A stretch of DNA of 64,000 nt from Azolla caroliniana (taxonomy: Eukaryota; Plantae; Polypodiophyta): assembly GCA_043228905.1 (NCBI GenBank), contig JBHGNT010000012.1, positions 5,518,001-5,582,000 on the forward strand, read 5' to 3'. Shown piece by piece: positions 39,559 to 52,900 of the stretch. The position numbers and the translations under genes are program-made. Every line of letters starts with the position of its first letter. Positions within the stretch are counted from its first letter, which is position 1. The notes under the pieces are model-generated. The model did no database searches, was not told the DNA's origin, and saw only the letters and a list, made by a program, of their open reading frames with translations.

Positions 39559-42500
39559 TGTTGGGTCTGTATGGGAGAGTGAGAGACACACAAGAAGCTC
39601 ACACAAGAAATACAAACACATTAAGTACGAACACATCACTCACACAGAGAAGACAATGGCTGGAATAACTCACACTATTGATGAATAATACTAAAAAGCA
39701 AGTAAGAGTTGAAATATATCCCTAAGTACTAAGTACCACCACATATGAGTGAATCATGTATGTGGTAACATGGGGAAAAAACCTCTAGCCAGTACTAGAG
39801 TAAAAAGTGCCCATGTATAGGGAAAAGGTTTACATCAAAGCTACTCGAGGAACACATAAGTGTAACAAACCCCTCTGGAGCGAATGATGTGAACACATAT
39901 AGGGAGGGACAAATAAGCCCCCACAGGGCAATAAGCCTAAAGCTTTCCAAAAAGCTTCAAACTTTTCCCGTGGAAGAGCTTTGGTGAATATGTCTTCCAC
40001 ATTAACTTGTGTAGGCATGTATACCAAATCAATATCTCCTACATGAAGGCACTCTCTCACATAGTGATAATGCACCTCAATATATTTGGTCCATGCATGA
40101 AATACAGGATTTCGTGCAACAACCAAATTTGCACTTTGACCATCTGTGAGAATATGCGTGGCAACATCAATCTCCATGCAAAGATCCATCAAAAAGCGTC
40201 TCAACCATATACACTCCACTATAGCTATGAAAACTGTCTTGTACTTAGCTTCACAACTCGATGTCGCCATTGTAGGTTTCTTTTTACTCAACCAAGATAT
40301 ACATGAGTTTCCAAGGAAAAAGAAATTACCACCAGTGGACATGCGAATATCGTAACAACCAACCCAATCACTATATGTAAAAGCATGCAAGCATGGCTGA
40401 GTATCTCTGCCACAAAAGACACCCAAGCTCAAAGTGCCTCTGAGATATCTAAACACACATTTTACTGCTTGCCAATGCTTAGTGCCAGGGCTATGCATGA
40501 ATCGACTCAACTGGGAAATTGCATACTGTATATTTGGCCTTGTACTGCATGCATATATAAGACATCCCACATCTTGCTGATAAAGAGAAGTATCAAATGC
40601 ATCATTAGAATCCTAATTGAGAACCTAAATCCTGTCTCCATAGGTGTAGAAACTGGCTTGCAATCCTCGAAGTCAAAATGCTGAACTAGTTTTTCAGCAT
40701 ACTTTCCTTGATGCATAACCATTCCCCCCTCAACGGATACAAACTGGATGCCAAGATAGTAGCTCAAAAGACCAAGATAAGTGACATCAAAATTATGCTG
40801 CAAATCAACCATAAGAATGTCAAGTTTTGCATCACATGACCTAGTCAAGAATATGTCATCAACATAAAGAACAAGCACTATAAGATCAACCCCATCTTTG
40901 CGTACATAAAGTGTGCTTTCAATCGGAATACATGTGAAGCCAAGAGAAATCAAGTGCTTATGGATTTTTTCATACCATGCATGTGGAGCTTGCTTGAGAC
41001 CATACAAGGCTTTATGCAAGCGACAAACCATATGCTCTTTCTCTTTCATAGCAAATCCAGGAAGTTGCTTCACATAAACCTCTTCTTGCAAATCACCATT
41101 TAAGAAAGTTGTTTTTATGTCCAACTGATGCACTTTCCAACCTCTTTGGGTAGCCAATGCAACCACAGTATGAATGGTAGTCATGCGTGAAGTAGGTGCA
41201 AAAGTTTCCTAATAATCAATGCCATATTGTTGTGCATATCCTTTGGCAACCAATCTAGCTTTGTAGCGATCAATGCTACCATCGGACTTTCGTTAGTACC
41301 AACGACATTCTTACCTTTTGGCAATTCACATAACTCCCAAGTATTGATGGGTGGGGGTTGGAGCCAAGTTAGGCTCCATCCCCCTCCCAAGGGGGTTCGA
41401 ATGTGAGGGTAGAGGGAGAGGGAGATGCATAGAGAATGACAGAGGGAACCGAGGCAGACACAATTAAGGGGTAACTTCAATATATTTCTCCTTCTTTCAT
41501 GTCCCATGGGTGGGGTTTAAATAGTATAAGATCTGATCATTACAAAAAGCCGTATGGGGGGTAGTTACACCCATTTCCCCACCTCACACTCACACATTAA
41601 CATTTCATATTACGCCTTATACACCTTACACATTACACACCATACACATTACACCATTAACCTTCCCATACACCTATACGGGTAACACCAAGTACCATTC
41701 TTATGTATGGAATCCATTTCTGATTGCATAACACTCATCCAATGTGGATCATCACATGCATCTTCAAAAGTAAGTGACACCTCGTTATATGTTGCAACAA
41801 TAGAATAATTCACAAAATTACTGGATGCATGTGGAGAGGTTGACCTTATTCTACTAAGTAAAGGTGTACTCAATTTGTTTTCTTGCAAAGTTTGTTTCGG
41901 CCACTTTGGCATAGTTTGCACTCTTGATAGACATGTGCTCATTATGTAATACATCTTCAATATGTACATCATACTTCAATATGTGGCTGGAAATTTTCAG
42001 TAGTTCTAGGCATTTTTGGCTACAAAGTTTTAACCATGTTTGGCTGGACATTTCATGCATTTTCAGCACTTATTTGTTGGAAATTTTCAACCCTTTGAAG
42101 CTCACTTGGCTGGTCTACTTGTCCATAGTCAAGCACACCATTTTGGAACAAAGGCATGAGTGTACCAAACACATCTTGCAAGCTAACTGTTGGTTGTTTT
42201 TTGCATTCAAGAAAAGGGAAAGCTGAATTTTCAGCCAATAACACATCTCGACTCACAATAATTGTGTCCGTCAATGGTTGGTACAAAAGATATCCCTTAC
42301 TTTCAGCACTCTAACCAACAAATATGCATTTCTTTGCCTTTCCATCAAGTTTGTGACGTTGTTGTGATGGCACAAGAGCATATGCCAAAAAACCAAACAC
42401 ACGCATATGACTAACCATAGGTTTATCTCCATTCCAAGCCTCATAAGGAGTAATGATTCTCAATGCTTTTGTAGGGCAATGATTCAATACATAATTTGCG

Positions 42501-43532
42501 CACATAACCGCTTCCATCCAAAACTTGTTAGGAAGATGTATTCCTTTAACCATACATTGTGCCATCCCCAAGAGTGTTCTATTTTTGTGCTCCGCAATAC
42601 CATTTTGCTGAGGTGTATATGGCACAATACATTGATGTGAAATACCTCTTCCACAAAGAAAAACATTAAAATCATGTGACATGTATTCTCCGCCATGATT
42701 CGTGTGTAGATATAAGAGCTTATTTCCAAAAAACTTTTTAGCCAAAGCTAAAAATGATTTGAAGCAAGAAAATACCTCATTCTTTGCTTTCATAGGATAC
42801 ACCCATGTGTGGCGAGTAGCATCATCAATGAAGATAACAAAATATACATGCTTTCCAAAAGATAGAGTCTTTACGGGACCATACACATCACTATGAACAA
42901 ACTGTAATTTTCTTGTAGTGTGTGTATGACTATCTTTTGGAAAAGAAGCACAATGCATTTTTCCAAGAATGTAACCTTCAAATGCATGCTTTTCAATGGA
43001 CTCAAGTGTCGGCAACCCAATAACCATATCCATCTTTTGCGAGTGGAGCAAACTATTGAAGTTCAAGTGACCAAAACGAGCATGCCAAAGGTCCATTTCA
43101 GCCATGGAAGAAGTATGGACAACCAAGGAATTTAGGGTAGCCCTCTTGTATGTATCCAACTGATACAAGCCATTGGATAATGTACCGGACATCACGATAA
43201 CATCGTCATTGCTGAAATCATGAACCATGCACTTATCATCAACAAAATGTACATGAAGTCCAGATTTGGCAATCAAAGGAACCGAAATTAAGTTCTTCTT
43301 GATACTGGGCACATACAATGCATTCTTCAAGATGACAACACCTCCATTTGGAGCCGTAAGCTCAATTTCTCCTACTCCAATGTTAGGATAAGAGGCATTG
43401 TTTGCACACACCACACATCCTCCTTTGAGTGCATCTTTCAAGGATGCAAAAAAACTTTTGCATGAAGTAATGTGCTTTGAAGCACCACTATCAAAGAACC
43501 AATCTGAATCAGTCTCACTTACAACCATACAG
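39559..43532 (-). mobile_element. Ty1/copia element A (degenerate): 3' LTR 39559-39867 plus PR-INT-RT-RH; interrupted at 43533
   Basis: LTR TGTTG...TAACA (plus-strand reading) with adjacent PPT-like 'aacccctct'. ORF fragments include WFFDSGASKH, LWHARFGH, FVHSDV, NGIAE, LYVDD and KYIEVHYHYVRE; many stops and frameshifts. Confidence 0.9.
41345..41690 (-). mobile_element. Solo LTR (346 bp) inserted in copia A RT
   Basis: TG...CA termini and TSD AGTAT/AGTAC (one mismatch). Removing it restores HKNGTWELCELPKGK. Reverse TATA at ~41516-41524. Confidence 0.75.
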
Positions 43533-44176
43533 TGAAATGAGGTGCATTATGGCTAACGACCCCTATGGCATATGTGTTACGGGCATGACCATTTAATAAC
43601 CCGTGGTGAGAATTTACCGTAGTATTCTATACACATGGATAAGTGTGAGGGTTAAACAAGAGTGTAAAGAAGGGGAGGATTACTTTTAATCCTTGGGATT
43701 GAGACAACTCATTAGGTCAAGTGTGAACTTGCCTAGGGGCCTTGGGTATCACTATAAATAAGAGGCCTAGCTCCCCTCATTGGATCATCTTTTTGTCTAC
43801 ATCGAGACTTTGCTCTTGTGGTGGGTCAACTCTTGTAGCGAGCGCGCCAGCACCAGGTACGACTTGACGCCACGGCGGTGGTATGGGACGCTGATCGAGG
43901 CTTGAGTCCATCTCAATCCCTTCGCTCGGGGGTGGTTGGGTGGATCGACACCCTTCTTTCTCTTTCTCCTTTCTATATATCATTAGTTTATCCTTATCTT
44001 AAGCTTACTTTAGTACCTATATCTCTAATAATATGCAAGCTCTAGTTGGGTCGCCACCATTGTGCACATGATAGTTCTTACGGTCGATAGTTTGATCTAA
44101 TGAAGTAGCTCTCTCTCCTCATTTGTCAAAGGAGAGTCTGTGTCTGATTGAATGAAGTAGTGGAGTCGATGCTAAC
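43533..44176. mobile_element. Probable LTR fragment of a further element (F) that interrupts copia A and is itself interrupted
   Basis: Copia A coding sequence ends abruptly at a TG ('tgaaatgagg'). The non-coding sequence that follows is split by a solo LTR and then by the copia B LTR. Confidence 0.45.
43575..44030 (+). mobile_element. Solo LTR (456 bp), same family as the LTR at 62082-62537
   Basis: Perfect 5-bp TSD ATATG (43570-43574, 44031-44035). End-to-end similarity to 62082-62537. TATAAATA inside; termini TGTTA...TAATA. Confidence 0.92.
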
Positions 44177-47174
44177 TGTTGGAGACGCAGTTGTGTAGTG
44201 CGGAACAAATCAACACTCTTCTGTGTGGGGATCTTTGATCGATGCAATGAATAATATTGATTGCCACTAGAGACCTGAAAACTGTATGGAAGCAGGATAC
44301 AAGAGAGAGAGAGAGAGAGAGAGAAAAGTTGGGCACAAGATGAACTAAATTATTCAACACTCAAAACTAGGTTACAAAGTTAGTTTATATACTGACTAAC
44401 TTAGGGCAACTGCCCTTCTCACTATTTACATAAATAGCCTAGACCTAGTGTGTACAAAAGGAGACAATGTGAATACGTCCATTAGAGACCCGCATTCAAC
44501 ACTCCCCCGTAATGGGCGTATACATCGAAATTTTGTAAATTGAAATAAATGTATAATATAGATTGATACAAAGTTTTCGAACAAATTGAAATTTCGTTCG
44601 AGCCGGTGAACTTCGAAAAAACAAAACGTCGAACTGGCCAAGGTTGGGGAAGCTAAAGCCAAACTTTGAACTGTCGAAGTCAATTGTTCAAAAACATTCT
44701 AAGTGTCTGACTTAATGGGATTGATTCTTCGTGACACCCATATGGCGCTGAAGGGATCAGAATTGATCCGCCGAAAGACACTTGGTCATCCCACTTGCAA
44801 CTTTATTGGTTGTAGATATCTTCTCAAAGTTGATTTTCCTTGAAATGACACAATCCTAAACAAAGTCATATCGAACGTCGATGTGCTTCGAGGCGTTGTG
44901 ACGAACCGGAATTTTCCATAGAGCGACAATGCCTTGACTGTCACTATAGACAACTGGAGCCGAGTAGGATTCGACTTGTTGAAATGTGCAAGCCAACCGA
45001 CTTAGCCATAAGGCCTCTTTCGCCGCATTGGACGCAACTACGTATTCGGCCTTGGTCGTTGATGTAGCAATGCACTCCTGAAGTTTCGATTTCCATGAGA
45101 TTGCTCCATTGTCGAACTTAAGGCAGTATCTGATTGTCGATTTTTGATTGTCCACATAGCCGACAAAGTTTGAGTTGGTGTAGCTGACTACGCCTAAAGT
45201 GTCGTTTGGACCGAGTAGAATGCCAAGGTCTTTTGTGCCCACCATATATTTGAACACATGCTTTATTGCGTTCCAGTGCGATCGGCCAGGGTTGTGCATG
45301 AATCTGTTGATGACTCCTACGATGTGAGCTATGTCAGGCCATGTCGTGACCATCGCGTACATCAAGGAGCCAATTGCCGGTGTATACGGTACCGACTTCA
45401 TAATTTCCCCCTCCGAACCGGATGTCGAGCAGTCTCTCTGAGACAGCTGAAGGTTAATGGGGAGCGGGGTCAAAGCAGGTTTAGCTGATTGCATGTTGAA
45501 GAGTTCGAGGACACGAGCAAGATAGTTGGATTGGGAAAGACACAATTGTCTTCAATTTCGATTTCGACTGATCTTCATGCTGAGAACGTGTCTTGCCGGA
45601 CCGAGGTCCTTCATGGAAAACCTCTACCACAGTTGCCGAACAAGTTCGGCAAACTCTCCGGCTTGTCGACCGGAGATTAGCATGTCGTCCACATAGATAG
45701 GAAGATGGGTAACCCATCTCAAGCTGTTTTCATGAAGAGACAGTGGTCCTCATCGCTTTTCGAGAAGATGACCGACAGAATGAAGTCATTGAACTTCCTA
45801 TGCGACAGTTGCGGTGCCTGTTTCAGGTCGTAAAGACTCTTCCTGAGTTGGCAAAATAGATGTTCTTGGTTGGGTGTGACGAAGCCTTTCGACTGCTCCA
45901 CATAAATTTCCTCCTCTAGATGACCATGGAGGAATGTCGTTCTGACATTTAGCTGAATCAACTCCAAATTCTCAACTGCCACGACACCGAGCATAAAGCA
46001 GAGGGTTGTCATTTTCACCACTGGTGAAACAATTTCGTCAAAATCGACGCCATACTCCTATCAAAACCCTTTCGCAACTAATCTAGCCTTGAATTTTGGG
46101 GTGGCCAAATCGGAAGTCTCTTTAATTCTATAGACCCATTTGCACGGAAGAGCACACTGATTTTTTGGTAGTTCGACCAAGTCTGAGGTTTGGTTTGCTC
46201 GAATGGAGTTCATTTCGGACTCCATGGCCAGATGCCAGGTGGCCAAATTGGCAAATGCCGATGCTTCTTCATATGACATTGGTTCTCCGGAGTCCGTAAA
46301 GAAGATTCCAGGAGAGTATCTCTCTGGGACTGCGACAGTCTCTCGGATCTTCGAGGTATGACTGAACTAGTCACATCGGGTGTCGAAGTGGGATGGTCAG
46401 AAGCTGAAACATTCGGTTGTGCCGAGTCGGATGTTGCCGAGTTAGTACTAGAGGTTTCGGCTACCCGTGAAGCCGATCTTGTGTTGTGTGTTGGGCCTTC
46501 GTGAAGGGTTGACACATCTGAAAAACTTACCCTTCGGACGTCGATTGGCTTTTCGGCCGATTGATGCATGGGTGACTCATTGAACGCTACGTCCGAACTT
46601 CAGATGATCTGCCTGTGCTTGGGGTTCCAGAGTCGGTAGCCGATTTCGCCATCTAGTCCATAACTGAGGAAAATGCATTTCCTGGCTCTAGGTGCAAGTT
46701 TGCGACGATCGTCTTTCGGTATGAGGGCATATGCCTCGCACCTGAAAATCCTCAGCTTGTCATAATTTGGCTTGCTGTCGTTCCATAGTTCCTGAGGTAT
46801 CTGAAGTCCTAGAGGCCTACTAGGCGACATATTGATTATGTGTATTGTTGTAAGTAGTGCCTCTGCCCAGAAGCCATCCGATAGTCTGGAGTGTTGAAGC
46901 ATGGAAACTATCCTCTCTTGAATTGTCCGATTCATCCGCTCGGCAATTCCGTTCTGCTCCGGAATGTGGGGTGCTGTATATTCATGTCGTATGCCGTGTT
47001 GTCGGCAGAATCTGACGAATTCTTCAGATTTGAACTCTTCTCCATTATCGGTCTGAAAGCATTTCAGTTTTCGTCCGGATTGATTCTTGACCAAAGTGAG
47101 CCAATCGGAGAAAATTGAGAACACTCGATCTTTGGTCTTTATCGGATACGCCCACACCATTCAAGTCGAGTCGT
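44177..47174 (-). mobile_element. Ty1/copia element B (degenerate): 3' LTR 44177-44501, PPT 44502-44508, INT-RT-RH; interrupted in integrase at 47175
   Basis: LTR TGTTG...CAACA and PPT 'gggggag' on the minus strand. ORF fragments TDNGEEF, NGIAERMNRT, KARLVAKGF, IGSLMYAMV and SKHIDVRY. Confidence 0.9.
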
Positions 47175-48523
47175 TGTTGGCCGGAGGTTGGAGTGTGAAA
47201 GACAAGTGGGGGACGAGTCGGAAGCGGAAAGTATTCTTTATTAATTACCTAGAATTAAAATAAGAACGAACGGATCCAGAAGAGTTGCAACGATCCGCAT
47301 CCGGATCCGGACTGTAGCCGATTGCCGGTATGGCACCGTTTTATAATCAGAACTGGATTCCTATTAAAGGATCCGAAGAATGATGTATTAAGGTGTGTGG
47401 AATGAGTATGAGTAGAAATGTCTTTGAGAATATTGTGTACCTTAAATTCTGTGCTTATGGTTTTATCTTATGTATGGCATCAATCTGTGTATGTTGCTAA
47501 TCCGGAACTAACCCGGAAATAGTCAGATATAATTATAATTCTACAGAAAGCATAAATCCTGTAACCACTCTTTGGTCAAGTGATCCGGAAGGACACCCTG
47601 TGTTAGTGGCTAGTCCGGCCCAGGATTAACACAGTTTTGGCAACCACGATTCCTGTAGAGCACAGTGAACATCGGGGCATGGATGACTAGACCGACAAAC
47701 GACCTAGTCGCCGAACGAGCGAGAAGACTAGTCGAGAGACTACAGAGGCGTGAGGCCTACTAGCAAGCGGCCGTGGAGATCCGGCAAGACTGGCCTTTTC
47801 CCAAAACGATTCGGCGGGTCGCGGAGGAGTCACTCTGGTTGCAGAACCAACAATATACCGACGAAGGCAGTAGCTTGAGGAGATTACGGCATGCCAAATC
47901 AATATTGCACACCCTTGCCACAGGAGTCGAAGAATCGAAAGCCTTTTCCAACATTGAGTTAGAATCAGACATCGAGTGTAGCGTGCAGTCAAATTATCAA
48001 AGCAGTCACGACACCCTGGACAATTCGGCGGAAGACGGTTAGGAGTGCACATCGACACCGGAAGCAGGCACAACATTACCCACACTACGGGACCACGAAA
48101 CAAACCAAGACCAACGGTTAGAGGAAAGGGCCAAGCACGTATCAACACCATCACTGGATCAACAATCCAAGAAAACGAGCGACCGCGTACCAATGCCACC
48201 ACTGAACCAAAAGTCGGAAAAAGACGAGGATCAGACACCGACACGACCCCCCAATACCGCCCTTTGCCGACGACATCATGCCATACCCATACCCGAAGTA
48301 CTAGGACGAACCGAATGTAGAAGCGCAAGTATATGATTTTCTACAGACATGGGAAGCGAACCATGTCTCGCATTGGTTCCCAAAAGCAAAGATCAAACGA
48401 TCCAAGATAGCAGAATTCGGGATGACATTGGAGGGACCAGCAACAAACTGGCACAAAAAGAGCCTTCCCGGAAGCTTCCACACATTCGAAGCTTTGCAGG
48501 GTAAATTACTGCGGTTGTTTCAC
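47175..48523 (+). mobile_element. Ty3/gypsy element G: 5' LTR 47175-~47632, putative PBS 47638-47649, degenerate gag; interrupted at 48524
   Basis: TGTTGG start cuts copia B integrase (DST*MVWAY). PBS-like TGGCAACCACGA, possibly tRNA-Arg. Gag-like KIAEFGMTLEGPATNWHKKSLPGSFHTFEALQGKLLRLFH at ~48400-48523. Confidence 0.75.
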
Positions 48524-49534
48524 TGTTACCGATTAGGAACACGGTCTATGGTCAGTCCTTCGACCTAGACCTCAAAGTGACTGTGTGACAACGAATGGTG
48601 GCGTCTGTGCGTAATACTTAGTGGGATACCTCCCGTAACCTAGCAGAGTATAAGGGAGACGACTACAACCGAGCTCCTTAGACAATGGGCTAGCGCACAC
48701 ACCGTTACTCACGCCTACGCTCTTAAGGATTACAAACACACAGTAGATTAACCACAGATACGCACATATATCAGAGAAGATAGAACTCTATTAAGATACG
48801 CCTTTTACATTCAAAATTACACGCTACCTCTATCAAAGGTTTTCTGCCCTTTATATACGCAGGGTCTTTTAGCCGTTCACGCTTCCCGCGTGAACCGTTA
48901 CATGCGTTACAATATTATTCTATTCCATATTATTGCGCTCTTGTCCATCGGTTACTATTCCGACGGACAACACATGGCACGCCTGTGGGATAGTGCCATG
49001 GCACGTCGGACCCATCCCTTTAATCTTCCTCCAAAATGGCCCTGATGTTTGGTTCTGATATGGTGTTCGTGTGGTTGTGTGGTTCCCCTGCATGGTCGGG
49101 AGGGCTTCTCATGGTGTCGCGGTCGTCCTGTGTGGGTGGTCCGGGTTCTGCGGGCTCTTCTTGGGCTAGGGGGTTTGGTTCATCCGTCCGCGGGCTTGCG
49201 GTAGGTCGCGGCTCTATTTCGTTCGTCACTTCCTCCGTGCTGTCGGCCGTTGTTGTACACTCTGGGGAGTGGGGTTGCGGTTCCTCTTGGTCCGGAATGT
49301 TCTCCGTGCGGTCGGCCGTAAGCGTATGCTCCAGTTCATGGGGTTCCTCTTGGTCAGTGGTTTCGCTGTCTGGTATTGCGGGGGACTCCGCTCGCCGTTC
49401 CGTGTTGTTCACCGTAGTGGTAATTTCTGGAGACATGGCCTGAGGTTCCTCTTGTTCAGTAGTATTCGGAATTGGTGTCGCAATGGATTCCTCGTTTGTT
49501 CGCGTGCTGCCGGCTTGCGTGATCTGGTGAAACA

Positions 49535-49921
49535 TGTTGGGATTTCGGTCCCTCCGGATGGGATGTCCGGAGATGAATGACGGCAAGCCCGGAGGCTGTT
49601 ACGGAACCATATGATGAAGAGTACCCGGCATGAAGCCGGATGAAGAGTACCCGGTTGCGGATCCGGATGATGAAGACCCCGGTTACGGAGCCGGATGATG
49701 AAGACCCCGGTTACGGAGCCGGATGCCGAAGACCCCGGTTACGGAGCCGGATGACGTATGTACCCGGAGAGAGATCCGGATGCGGAGACATATTTGTGAA
49801 TATGTTTGCCAAGGGCCCTTGAGGCTATACTTGTAAATAGCCCGAAAGTCATATATGTATAAATATGACTTAGGGCAAACAGTTTATGTTGTTGCTTAAT
49901 TTTCATGCGAAGTGAGAGCAG

Positions 49922-49956
<35 letters not shown>

Positions 49957-52900
49957 GAAGAGGTCGACGCCTCTGTGTATTGCCGCCGCCTGTGGCGAAG
50001 ACAGTGAGCTCAAGGTTGTTGCCTTGTAGCTTCACCATTGTACATCCCTGTGTATAGTGTGGTTGGAGTCTGAGAACTCCCGTGGTTTTTCCCATTTAGG
50101 GTTTTCCACGTAAAATATTCTGTGTACTCTCTCCTTCTATTGTCTCGTGCATTCTGTATTTCCTGTTTTCCAAGTGTTGATCATATTCCTCGGTTGTGGC
50201 CGAGCACTGTTGTGCAACAAAGTGGTATCAGAGCACCGGTAACACAGAAAATGGAAGGCGGCGGTAGTGGGCCTCCGAGGATGATGGTGCTGAATGCGCA
50301 GAATTACGCCGACTGGAAGATCAAGATGGAGGATCTTCTGATTGTTCGGGACCTGTACGAACCGATTGACAGGTCGGAAATACCGAAGGGGGTACTTGAG
50401 TCGGAATGGAGGCTTCTGAACCGGAAAGCCGTTGCAACCATTCGGCAATACGTCGACGTGAGCGTTCTACAACATGTGGCGAACGACACCAACGCATACG
50501 AGATGTGGCGGAAGCTGTCGGGCCTCTACGAGAGGAAGAATGCGTTGAACCGGACCTCACTGATGAGGAAGATAGTGAACCTCAAGTACCGGGACGGCGA
50601 GAGTATGGTGGAACACGTAAGCACGTTCATGGGATTCGTGAACCAGCTTGCGGCGATCAAGTTCCCGTTGGAGGATGCAATGCAAGCCATCATTCTGATG
50701 TGTACATTGCCGGAAAGCTGGGAGAACTTGGTGGTGACTCTCAGCACCTCCTGCACCGAAGATAACTTGTCTCTACAAACGGTAAAGACAAGTATTCTAA
50801 ATGAAGAAGCGCGTCGGAGAGATAAAGAACCGGCCACCGACTCGAAGGCGCTGCTTACCGAATCGGAACGGGGAAGACAATGGTACTGGAGTCCGCAAAG
50901 ACGGGAGAAGTCGGGGACCCGGTCGCAGTCAAGAGGAAGGCCCACATGCTTCCACTGTGGGAAGCCGGGGCACTTCCGGAAGAATTGTCGGCATTACCGA
51001 AAGGACAACGGAGCCGACGACACCGATTCGAAGAAGTCACCGGAGAGAAACGGTGCATACCGGGGAGCCACGGACCGGAGAGGTCCGGATCGGCGAGGGC
51101 AGGACCGGAAAGGAACGACGGCACTCGCGGCAAGTGAAGAAGAGATAATGCTCATTACCGAAGAGGGGGAGCTGAACCTTGCCGGTGAAGAGATGACCTG
51201 GGTGGTCGATTCCGGAGCGTCGTTCCACCTGACCCCGGAGAAGAAATACTTCTCATCCTACATAGCCGGTGAGCACGGCTGTGTCCGGATGGGAAATGAA
51301 GGCACGTGCCGGATTGCCGGCATAGGAGACGTGTGGCTGATGACATCAACCGGATGCAAGATGCTGCTGAAGGATGTCCGACACGTTCCGGAGGTTCGAT
51401 TGAACCTGATTTCGGCCGGGAGGCTAGACGATGAAGGCTACACGGGTAGCATCCGGAACGGTGTCATGAAGTTCAGCAAAGGGAGCCTGATAGTGGCTCG
51501 GGCCCGGAAGGTCAACACTCTGTACCTGATGAATGCCCGATTATGTCCGGAAGAGCTGAACGTGGCAGCCGACACTGCCGGTGAGCTGTGGCACAAAAGA
51601 CTGTGCCACATGAGTGAGAAGGGGATGAAGAGGCTTGCAGAAGACAACCTTATTCCAGTGAAGCATGTGCACCTGGAGAAGTGCACCGACTGCCTGGCCG
51701 GTAAGCAAAACTGGACCTCCTTCCACTCAAGGCCACCGACGAGACGTAGCGCACCATTGGAGCTGGTGCACACTGATGTGTGTCAGGTAGAAACGAAGTC
51801 ACATGGCGGAGCCCAGTACTTCGTGACATTCATTGATGATCACAGCCGGAAGCTGTGGACGGCACCGTTGAAGACAAAGGACCAAGTATTGTCCGTCTTC
51901 AAAGAACTCCACGCGAGAGTGGAAAGAGAATCCGGCAAGAAGCTGAAAGCGATACGAGCGGATAACGGAGGGGAATACCGAGGGCAATTCGAGGAGTATT
52001 GCCGTTCGATGGGAATCCGGCTCGAATTTACTGTGCCGAAGACGCCGGAACTGAACGGGCTGGCCGAGAGGATGAACCGGACCATAATGGAGAGGGTCCG
52101 GAGTATGCTGGCGCATGCGAAATTACCCAAGGGGTTTTGGGCTGAGGCAATGTCGACGGCGACATACGTGATAAACAGATCACCCTCAGTACCTTTGGAC
52201 GGAGACACGCCGCAGAGAGTGTGGACCGGTAGGGAAGTATCCTACCGGCATCTGAAGGTGTTCGGGTGTCTCGCATACGTGCATGTGGCAAAGGACCGGA
52301 GAGGAAAGCTAGATCCAAAGACCCGGCCATGCATATTCCTCGGTTACGGTGACGACGAGTTCGGCTACCGAGTATGGGACCCGGTCGACAAGAAGATATT
52401 CAGGAGTCGAGATATCATCTTCATGGAGGACAAGACACTCGCCGACTGGGAGTCGGAGAAGAAGATGAAGAGCTCCAAGTCGACCGGTGAGGATAAACTC
52501 TACGAGGAGCAGTCCCGACCGGCAAGGGACCGGTTAGCACTCGAGGATCCGGCCGAAGACGGTGAAGAAACAGAACCGGCCGAAGAAGAAGATGAAAATG
52601 ATACCGGAACCGGCCCCGATCCCGAAATGGATTCGGATGAAGAAGAAGAATCGGAAGAACCGGTTACCGAAGCTCTCGAACGGAGATATCCTCTAAGAGA
52701 GAGAAGGGCCCCCCGGAGATTTCCGGAACCAGAGCACGTGCTGCTAACCGACGAGGGGGAGCCGGAGAGCTTTGAAGAAGCAAAGCACGACACCCAGAGC
52801 CGCAGGTGGTTGAGTGCCATGCAGGACGAGATGGATTCCCTGCATGAGAACCACACATATGAACTTATGGAGTTGCCGAAAGGAAAGCGGGCACTTCGAA

